DNA from: Octopus sinensis
Lineage: Eukaryota
DNA: 64,000 bases
Reading direction: 5' to 3'
Assembly: GCF_006345805.1 (NCBI RefSeq)
Contig: NC_043004.1
Location: 99,448,001 to 99,512,000 of the forward strand
Both the position numbers and the translations under genes were made by a program. The notes beneath the pieces were generated by a model. It was not told the DNA's origin. It did not search any database and saw nothing but the letters and a program-made list of their open reading frames with translations. This document shows, in pieces, positions 53,995 through 64,000 of the stretch (its first letter is position 1; the number at the start of each line of letters is the position of its first letter).

Positions 53995-55103
53995 ATTGTT
54001 ACCGCAGAGTAAGAGCAATAATCAAGACAGAGCTGAATGCGAGAAACAGGATCGAAGTAATCAATGCTTTAGCCATACCAGTCGTGACTTACAGTTTCAA
54101 TATCGTTAACTGGTCAATTACTGAAATATGTAATCTTGACAGAATAATACGAAAACTGTAGACAATGCACAGAATGCACCACCCTAAGTCAGATACAGAA
54201 CGACTTTATCTGCCAAGAAAAAAGGGAGGCCGTGGACTTTTACAACTGGCAATAACAATGAAGATTGCTACAATTGGCCTAGACACCTACCTGAAAAACT
54301 CTGAGTATTGGATGTTAAAACCTGTCTCAAAACATGAAATCAAGAAAGCATCATACTCAGTAACAAAACAGGCAAAGGAATATCTAAGTGAATTCCGAAT
54401 ACAACAAATTTCGGAAGTAGACATACAAGAAACAAGCACAGAAAAAGCTAAGCGCATGAAAAGCCGTGCTAAAACTGCAGCCTTAGATATTCTGAATGAT
54501 AAATGGCAAGAAAAAACTCTCTATGGCAAATACCCAAAGAGAGCGAATAATGCAGATGTTGACAAAGCCCTGACCCATCAATAGCTAATGGCCTCTGGCT
54601 TAAAATCTGAAACAGAAGGGTTTATCATAGCAGCTCAAGATCAATGCCTACCAACAAGTCGTGAATGTCAACAACAAAATGAAACCATTGATCATGTTGT
54701 CTCCAAGTGCAGCCTTCTAGCGCCTACAGCGTATCTCAACAGGCATGATAGAGCTGCACAATATATTCACTGGGTAATCTGAAAAAACCTGGATTCGCCC
54801 CATGAAAAAAACTGGTGGGAACACAAACCACCTCCAGTGCTTGAAAATGACCACATCTCACTGCTCTAGAACTTCACCATTCAAACTGACAGAAAGATAG
54901 ATGCAAATAGGCCAGACATCATATTGAAAGACTTCAGACAAAGAACATGCCTCCTCACTGACACGACTGTCCCAATCGATATAAACGTGTCAAGACCTAC
55001 CAAAAACTGAGCAAATATAAAGATCTTGAAATAGAAATCAGCAAAATGTGGAACATGAAAACTAAAACAATGCCTGTTGTCATAGGTGCCCTGGGAATGA
55101 TAG
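53995..55103 (+). pseudogene. Second, more decayed R4/Dong-like LINE fragment (late RT, thumb, RLE)
   Basis: YRRVRAIIKTELNARNRIEVINALAIPVVTYSF, RLYLPRKKGGRGL, LKSETEGFIIAAQDQ, ETIDHVVSKC..RHD, NRPDIILKDF, KYKDLEIEISKMW; several stops and deletions. Confidence 0.88.
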
Positions 55104-55390
55104 CAATATTGCTAGCCCTTGTGCTTATCATCAGAAAATGGTTTCTAGCATCAGAAACCATTTTTATGATGATTGTTAAAAACGAAGCGAGTTCGCACAG
55201 TTGTCAGAGAACCGAAAAGAATGATTTCGGTATAATGCATTTTCGATTCAAGTTCAACTGAGTTCAACTTTGTTTCCCATTTCCCTGGGATAGATAACAT
55301 TAAATACAAGCCAATTACTAGGAGCGATGATATCAACTAAAACTTCTGGTTTTGTGTCAAAATTCGGAGCCAATATTAAAGGCGGTGAAT

Positions 55391-55570
55391 GTGGCGAGCT
55401 AGTAGAACCGTTAACGCGTCAAATAAGATACTTAGCAGCATTGCGGCCATCCTTATTTTCTGAGATTGAATTCCGGAGTCGATAAAATAATTACCAGTTG
55501 AGCACTGAGGTCGATTTAATCGACTAGACTTGCTCTCCTCCAAAATTCCAGGTCTGCTGCCTAAAGTAGA
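55391..55570 (+). mobile_element. SINE family C, degenerate
   Basis: gtggcgagctagtagaaccgtta...gtcgataaaataattaccagttgagcactgaggtcgatttaatcgact. Confidence 0.75.
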
Positions 55571-56307
55571 AAGCCTTATTAAAAGCCGGCAAAAATGTTA
55601 CAACGCAGGAAAGGAAAATGATACCCCACATATCTTTCAGCTCTTGAGGGTCCGTGTTTAAATCCTGCCGAAATGCGCAGCTGATCGAATTGATATACAC
55701 TATAGCATATTAACCTACTTCAAATGTAATCTTACAAATGTATGTTATTACGCCCTTAATGTTTTTTATGACTATAAATATTGCGTCTTTCTATTACAGA
55801 GAATAAGTATTCGGACCATATGGAAAATACGTTCTTATTCTACTAAATGTATATTTCTTTGCAATAAAGTGATTGTCACGTTGTGAGTTATTTAAGATGT
55901 ACACCAGAAAATAAATATACCATTCATTTCCAAATAATTTTGACATCTTCCAATAGAAATACAATCCTTAGAACACAACCATAAACAGCTAACGTTTTCG
56001 AAAATAATTTACATGCTCACAAGCTATTAGATTAGACATTTGAGGGATGTAGTTTTGCCTGAAATCTGTTAATTCAATGCAACATGGATGCCTATTATTT
56101 TATGAAGTACTTGCAAATATTTATCAATATAGCAACAGAAAATCAGTTACTACGGAATATCTATACGATGTAACTACACAACACACTGATACACGTACAC
56201 GCACGAATACATACGTACATACATACACATAGACACATATATTTAAATATATATATATATATATCAAAGTTATGTATGCATATATGTGTGTATATATATA
56301 TATATAT

Positions 56308-56350
<43 letters not shown>

Positions 56351-57142
56351 ATATATGGATGTATATAGTTATATTATTCTAACTTAGGTGTGTATTAACA
56401 TATTCTGTTCTGGATCGTACTGCATATGCATTAAATATTATTTACCTATGAAGGGCTCATCACTTAAAAGACCGTCAGCCAGCTACCAGAATGCAAATGT
56501 TACAGTTATATTTAGGTTTTAGGAGGAACATTGGTAACATGAGAATATCTAAAAAAGCTATGAATGTCATTTTGATCCGTAAATGCTTTTTATCTTAATG
56601 CCGTGTTATATTTCATTTCTTAAATGTCATAATAATGTAAGTTTCCCTACGAGTCCTAATGGATTTAGTTGAATTTTAATGGTGATGCCACATTTATGGA
56701 GATTTGTTTTTACATCACGATCGTTAAAAGTTTCATTTAAGAACTGCACTCTCAACTTTGATCCAGCTCCTAAACTTTCTCTTAATTTCAATGCCAGTAT
56801 CATACTCTGCTTCATCGTATTACCCACACGAACATAGCATCATTGATAATATGAACTGGGTTTTCTGACCATCCCTCTCTAGAAGCTCTAAAGTAAGCTA
56901 GTGATTGTATATAGATCCCAGCTTCACCCGTTCAATCTACTGCAATGGAAACTTTGAGTACAACCAAGACCTTTTCTTGCATGATGCTAAAACACAAATT
57001 GCAAATCATATTCATTCAGCAAATGGATATAGTAAATATATACAGCCTCGATTTCCTTGACTCTAAATTGTCACATGCAATGAAATATGACATCTTATAT
57101 GTATGTCAGGCGGTAGTAGAGCGGCAACCACAGACAGAAAAC

Positions 57143-57173
<31 letters not shown>

Positions 57174-57181
57174 ATATATAT

Positions 57182-57255
<74 letters not shown>

Positions 57256-57269
57256 TTTTTAGTATGTGA

Positions 57270-57475
57270 CCTCGTGTAGACTACCTGCTATATTTTTTTC
57301 CTCTCTCCTCCCGTCTTGGGATGTTTCTTTCTCCTATGTTTCCGACGAAGAGCTCCGCTCGATAGTCAAACCCTCCTTCTTTCCTTCTTTCCTGAGCGTC
57401 CAATAGTACTTTATTTGTTCCACATCTTTGCGTTGTTGTTTTTTGTTCTTTTGTTTTCTTGTTTGGATTAACTTT
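57270..57475 (+). mobile_element. Short Penelope-like fragment between TA tracts with a degenerate hammerhead at 57338-57371
   Basis: GTTT-CCGACGA-A-GAGC-tcc-GCTC-GATA-GTC^-AAAC: stems I and II intact, core mutated. Confidence 0.5.
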
Positions 57476-57485
57476 ATATATATAT

Positions 57486-57998
57486 ACTAGCAGTATCGCC
57501 CGGCGTTGCTCGGGTTTGTAAGGGAAATAACTATATAAGCATTTTTAGAGAGTTACTTCCCTTATAGAAGCCAATTCGGGCTTTCTTGGCCATTTCTGTT
57601 TTGGTGTCTTCAAGCCATGAAGTCGTTGTTCTAAAAGAACGCTGGTCTCCTTGACAACGCTTTACGACGTTGATTTCCTTACACTCCCTTCCGCACAGCT
57701 TCACGAGGGAGGGAAGAAGGGGGGGAAGCAAACAGGTGCAGGTGTGACCATGGACGCCAACTCCGCCGCCATCGACACACGAAAAATTATGCATTAAAAA
57801 GGAATAAAAAATGATGTTAAATTATTTTTAAAATCGTAGACTCATCGTAGACGCGCGCTAATAGCCAGACGGGATTGATATGAATCACGACTATAAGATA
57901 CCCGAATTTGGTTAAACTGCACCGCAAAATGTGGGAGTAGTTAGGAATCTAAATCGAAGGGGACAGACACTCACACAACTACAGTTTTATATATATAG

Positions 57999-58000
<2 letters not shown>
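57486..58000 (+). mobile_element. Non-autonomous Helitron/Helentron-like element
   Basis: Begins ACTAG with a 5' subterminal hairpin (cccg-gcgttgct-cggg) and ends ttttatatatatagat; no TSD or TIR. Resembles Lep1/DINE-type termini. Confidence 0.6.
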
Positions 58001-58042
<42 letters not shown>

Positions 58043-59344
58043 AGTGGTGGTGTATACATCCCAGACACCCCCAAACCTGTTCGACTTTTGGTTATTATAT
58101 CGTCCTCAACACACGCTAACCCATTACCGCAAACTTCTTATATCTTTTTGTATCTATGACGTCGTAGCCTCTGCTTCTCATGTGGTGGCTAGTCTCACCT
58201 GATATACTCGGGATATTTTCTCTCGTCACCTGTATTTTGGTCCCTTCCTTATCTGTTACCAGCAGCTGTCATTATCCTATTCAAGTCGAACACCTACCAC
58301 CTCGATGGCACCAGTCTGCGATGGACTGCAAAGAACAGTGTCGCAGACTTTTAATCATGACAAAAATATTTGAAAATCCCCTCCAACTAGATATGTAGAT
58401 AATATTGCGAGTGACGAGTACGAACGTCTGGTGCAATTAAACCGCTCTTACACTAGTTAATATTAATTGCTATATCATTAATAATCAACGGGAATTAATC
58501 TATATTGATGATTATCACTATTATAATAGATGCAGTGGAGTGGCAGGAGGTGTTTGATTGCTTTACTAAATGCTTTGTTGTATCCAGCTTTGTGAACCTA
58601 CGTTGTTAGGTCAGCTCCCGCCCAGGTCATCTTTGGCTTTAGGCCATAAATTATGGCGAATGAAATGGTCGATTGAATCGACCGAAGAACTTGACTAGTA
58701 TTTTATTTTCATAAACCCAAGAGGATAAAAGAAAAGTAATATTGACTTTGGTGGTATTGAAACACTCGGCATAAAGAGGTGTGATTATAGAACGCATGAC
58801 ATTTTTTCCTAATGCTGTACTGATTCTGTTCTCCACGCCTATTTTTGATATAGTTGTCTAGTTTTTGATTTGTAACGTTTGCAAAAGGCTAGATATTTTT
58901 AGCGAGGGACATATGATTAAATCGACCCCAGTTTTTAACTGACTCTCTGTTCTGACAAGCACAGAAAGTTGAAAAGCATAGAAGCTAAAACACAGAAGGT
59001 TTTGAAATTATAATTATGGTTTTACTGTTGATTTGTATAATTGCTATAAAAGGGCAAAATAATCCCTCTGTTGGCTGTGTGAATATATTGAGATTATACT
59101 AGGATGGGCGTCACTCAGAATTTTAAAAATAAATTCACGACCAAACAATTACGACAATATTTGTTGAATGCAGAATACTGATGATTGTAATTTTATTCAC
59201 AAAAGTGCAAACAAGGTGAATAACTGTAAATTATCATATTTCTTGAATATACATGCCGACACTGCATGTGAAAGAAAGAGACTTACTGTACTATGTTATA
59301 TCGCAATAAGGATGACCAACTATATCTAGCGGCCCTTACCATAA

Positions 59345-59637
59345 GTAGCCACGGCACGGTCGGAGGATCGCGGTTTCGATTCCCAGACCGGGCGTTGTGT
59401 GCGTTTATTGAGCGAAAACACCTAAATGCTCTACAAGGATCCGACAGGGGGTGGTGGCGACCCCTGTTGTACTCTTTCGCTCCTACTTCCTCTCACTCTT
59501 TCTTCCTGTTTCTTATCCCCGACTTTCTACGCAACCACTGAGCCTGGATGCACATTCATCCATCCGTTGATGCTCTAGGTATCGAGGGTTGACCTGCTTC
59601 CTCTTCTGCGGGTCTTACGAATAGCAAAGGACCACGT
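59345..59637 (+). mobile_element. SINE family D, 5'-eroded, with a longer 3' tail
   Basis: ggatcgcggtttcgattcccagaccgggcgttgtgtgcgtttattgagcgaaaacacctaaa is shared with the 39207 copy. Confidence 0.8.
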
Positions 59638-60296
59638 TAGATGAACTAAGACAGCGCAAAATATAAACAAGTGAAATGTATTCTTAATGAGGAGAGATCA
59701 TAATTGATAAGGAACCTGCTATGTTAATATTCACTCATCAAAAATAACGGGGGTGGAGATATTTACTGGAGAGTAATAAACCACCGCTTTAGCAAATAAA
59801 CACTACTTTATATTCCCTTTGTAAAATTATTAAGCAATATTTTGAACTACCAAAGGGAAAACAATAGAAATTACCAATATATTGATGAAAAACAACAAAA
59901 AAATTATTGTTTGTCTTGGGGAGGTTTTGTAGAAGTTGTTATGAAATGTAAATATCTAACTTTATCTCTCTCCAAAAATTGGGGAAAGCAATTAAGAAAA
60001 ACAATTTGGTGGTTATACAAGGGGAGAAAGCATGAAGGATATGAAATGAACTTCGGGCAGAAGGCAAATCCTGTCAAGGATAATCTCAATCGTCAGAAGA
60101 GAAGAGCTGGGGAAAAATAAAGGTGAAATCAGTCAGCAGTCTGTATGGAGATAAGAAGAAAGGGACCGCAGAATCGAATAGATTCCATAGGAAGGTATTA
60201 GTACATTCTAAAGAAAGGTATGGAGAGAGAAACAGAGTTTAACACGGTTTGCATTGTTGGAAGAATAAATGAGCATGAAATATGTACACGAGTACA

Positions 60297-60484
60297 TTCT
60301 TTTACTCTTTTACTTGTTTCAGTCATTTGACTGTGGCCATGCTGGAGCACCGCCTTTATTCTTTATAAGCCTAGTACTTACTCTATCGGTCTCCTTTTGC
60401 TGAACCACTAAGTTACGGGGACGTAAACACACTGGCATCGGTTGTCAAGTGATGTTGGGGGGACAAACATACACACATACACAC

Positions 60485-60536
<52 letters not shown>

Positions 60537-60700
60537 TAAGACGGGCTTCTTTCAGTTTCCGTCTACCAAATCAACTCACAAGGCTTTGATGTACTGATGC
60601 TATAGTAGAAGACACTTGCCCAAGGTGCCACGCAGTGGGACTGAACCCGGACCATGTGGTTGGTATGCAAGCTACTTACGACACAGCCACTCCTACTCCT
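60297..60700 (-). mobile_element. SINE family B with expanded internal (TA)n
   Basis: Full family B layout on the minus strand. Confidence 0.9.
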
Positions 60701-62163
60701 ATAGTGTACAATTTTCAACTATAATAAAAGTAGCACTGTATTAGAAACCTTCGAGGATAAGACAGAGCTTGAAGGCCTGACATTGGTATACTGGTTCTTC
60801 AAGGTGTAACTTCATCAAACTTTACTAGCAATAATTCCCACATTAAAGGGTCTGTTTTTACCAAGCACTTACAAGAAAAAATCTTCAGAAAGCAGCACTA
60901 GTGAGACTGTTGTGCAAAATAAAATATCTTAAGTCACAACGATTAGAAAGGAATATTATCTCGTGATGAGAATGAATATTGGAGCAATTTTCATTAGACG
61001 ATCTCCGGAAAATGTAAGCACAACAGAGCAGATATGATGATACATGGTAGACGAAATTTGTACACAATAAAAGAAATAATTTTTGTCTAGAAATTAACGC
61101 AAATTCAAAATATAATTAAGATGTTTTACTGAAGTGTTAAGAAATCTGCAAATATTTTAACTGTACTAAGATTTGTAACTGTGAATATTGGAGCCTTAAC
61201 TAGCACACGCGCAGTTGCGGTTTTTAATTGAGAAATTATCATTGAAAGCCCTTAATGGATGAGTGACAACAGGTAAAATATTTATCTTGTAACAGGTACA
61301 TAAGCCTGCATTAAAACAAGCAGAAATATAAATACAACACTTCAGAAAATGATATGCACGCACATATACATACACGTGCGTTTATATGTGCGTGTGTGCG
61401 TGTGTGTAATTATGTATGTGAGACTACTTGTTTCATATTTGAATATCAGTAAAAGAGCCGTACATTTAAGTTGTGAAAAATCATAATATAAAGTCAAAAG
61501 TATATGCTTACACACAAATATTCACACGCTGCATTTACATACACACACAGACACACACACACACACGCACACATTTGTGTGTATATTTATCTACTAATGA
61601 ATGTATGTCTATATATGCGTAAATATATGTACACACATACATATATATATTTCTCAAAAGGGAAATTTCTTTTATGGCTCTTCTAAAGTAGGCATAAATA
61701 TTAATCAACGAGTGGTTAGATAATGAGACTTTTTCACTACATTAGAACTCAGCAGCAGCTGAATGTATATTATACCACAAAATATTTACTCTATTAGATA
61801 TAATAGAGTTTCTATTTACGTTGAAAATATTCTACGTGAAAATATCTTCAAGGTAGATTTCAGCTTCATCTCCAGAAACCAGTGTTTTATATTTCTATAA
61901 ATCAATATTGCATTTTTTTTTTAGAATACTCCAAAATATTTTGTTTTTGACATAAGACAACAATTTCTTGAATCTAGTGTGGATTTAATTGACTCTTGAC
62001 TTCCCTCAGGAATTAGTGTTTGAATCAATATTTGACTGGTAGTTTATTTTCTTGGCCCCAAGTGGAAGAAATGCAGAGTAGAGAGGAGACTCCGATTGGT
62101 TTTGAACTCGCAATTTAAAGAGGCATCCCAATGTAGTAACTGGTCTAGTCTTATACAGATATA

Positions 62164-62495
62164 GTGAGGGCGCGTGGCTTAGTGGTTAGGGCATTCGGCT
62201 CATGATCGTAAGGTTGTGAGTTCGATTCCCGGCGACGCGTTGTGTCCTTGAGCAAGACACTTTATTTCACGTTGCTCCAGTCCACTCAGCTGGCAAAAAT
62301 GAGTTGTACTTGTATTTCAAAGGGTCAGCCTTGTCACTCTCTGTGTCACGCTGATTATCCCCGAGAACTACGTTAAGGGTACACGTGTCTGTGGAATGCT
62401 CAGCCATTTGCACGTTAATTTCACGAGAAAGCTGTTCCGTTGATTCGGATCAACCGGAACCCTCGTCGTCGTAACCGGCGGAGTCTTTTTTTTTA
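62164..62495 (+). mobile_element. tRNA-derived SINE family A, young full-length copy with 11-bp TSD
   Basis: A-box and B-box, T-rich 3' end, TSD atacagatata at 62153-62163 and 62496-62506. Confidence 0.93.
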
Positions 62496-63119
62496 ATACA
62501 GATATACTATGGTTTCTGTCAATTTAAGACATTACTCATTCAAGCAATATTTTCCCTACTGTTCCCCTCAAAGTATTGGCGAAGTGGTAGTCCAACATGC
62601 TAACTGGTAACAGCATCAAATTTCTTTCTTGTTAACAAGTAAGGACTTACTGTTTAACAAGATGTCTTAAATATACAAGGGATAGAAAAGAGTGTATACC
62701 AATGTAAAAGTTTGATTATGGCTAAGAGGGTGCCTTAAAATTTGTACTGCTATTATTAACAAGAACAGTACAACAGCAGCAATTGGCTGCTACTGAATAT
62801 TCCAATCCATGGATGGAAGGAAGTCAAGAATATAAATTTGAATTTTAAGGAATTTGAAGTCGGTTTTAATACATTTATTGGCCTGAAATTTTGGCACTCG
62901 CAAGCAATTTATGGGAAGAGATGAAGTCAATAGCAACGACCCAGGTGCTCAACTGGTACTTATTTTATCGGCCCCGAAAGAATGATAGGTAAAATCAGCC
63001 TAGCATCAGCGGTATTTGAATTCACAACGTAAAGTTGGACGAAATGCCGCGGTGTGGTGTGCTAACGATAATGCCACCAAGCCGCCCTATATTAAATTGT
63101 AATATCAGATATAATATTA

Positions 63120-63480
63120 AGGCAGAGATCTGTCAAAATCGTTAGCACGCCGGGAATGATCCTTAGCAGTATTTTGTCTGCCGTTACGTTCTGAGTTCAA
63201 ATTCCGCCGAGTCGACTTTGCCTTTCATCTTTTCGGGGTCGATTAAATCAGTACCAGTTACGCACTGAGGTCGATATAATCGACTTAATTCGTTTGTCTG
63301 TCCTTGTTTGGCTTCTCTATGTTTAGCCCCTTGTGGGTGGTAAAGAAATAGGTATTTTGTCTGCCGCTACGTTCTGAGCTCAAATTCCGCCGAGGTCGAC
63401 TTTGCCTTTCATCCTTTCGGGGCCGATAAAATAAGCAGCAGTTGAGTAATGAGGTCGACGTAATCGACATGCTGCATACC
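63120..63480 (+). mobile_element. Head-to-tail dimer of SINE family C
   Basis: The second unit starts ggtattttgtctgccgctacg at 63351, directly after aaagaaata; same junction as at 22957 and 23140. Confidence 0.88.
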
Positions 63481-63599
63481 CCAGTATTGCTGCGGTTGTG
63501 CCGAAATTTGAAATGAACATTAGATGTGTCTATCTCACAATGTTATCTGCAGTAAACAAATATCATTCACATTCAAACATACACATAAACGCATACATG

Positions 63600-63673
<74 letters not shown>

Positions 63674-64000
63674 CACACACACACACACAGACAGAGAGAG
63701 TCATAGACAGAGAGAGGTAATTATATAGAATACAATTATAATCAAGGGCACAGAAGCTATCATGCCTATATGTTAGAAAGAGAAGTCAAATACGTCCATC
63801 TCTATATATGAATTTTACCTAATAGGTTATTTTTATATGCTGTCCACTGATAAAATTCATTAATTTAATAACTTTATCCTTTAATGATATATATAGTATA
63901 TAAGGATAAAAATCACGTTATTGATTTTTATCAAATAATCAGCTGGCTATAAAAATTTATATGCTATTTATACATTAAATTAATAATAATATACATAAGT

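Noticed and set aside
62164-62235. tRNA-like sequences (also 3027, 17330-17397, 19250-19323, 39207)
   Set aside because: They have A and B boxes but no closed acceptor stem, and they run into shared SINE bodies with TSDs; these are SINE heads, not tRNA genes.

Overview
AT-rich, repeat-dominated eukaryotic DNA. The tRNA-headed SINE families and dense (TA)n/(CA)n/(TACA)n/(ATT)n microsatellites suggest a coleoid cephalopod, probably an octopus (inference from repeat families, not verified). No intact host gene is recognisable, and nearly all ORFs in the supplied track are microsatellite artefacts. Supportable content: about 25 SINE copies in four families; a decayed full-length mariner (32.9-34.1 kb); an internally deleted long-TIR Tc1/mariner (11.65-12.57 kb); three mariner-derived MITEs; LINE relics (CR1/L2-like at 14.3-14.9 kb, RTE-like at 37.0-37.5 kb, two R4/Dong-like pieces in (AAT)n at 53.1-55.1 kb); and a non-autonomous Helitron-like element (57.5-58.0 kb). 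The most striking signal is non-coding: at least four near-canonical and two degenerate minimal type I hammerhead ribozyme (HHR) motifs, plus three half-sites. They lie in short fold-back or terminally repeated elements beside TA microsatellites, an architecture matching Penelope-like retroelement pseudo-LTRs or retrozymes. All folds were derived by eye and none has been tested.
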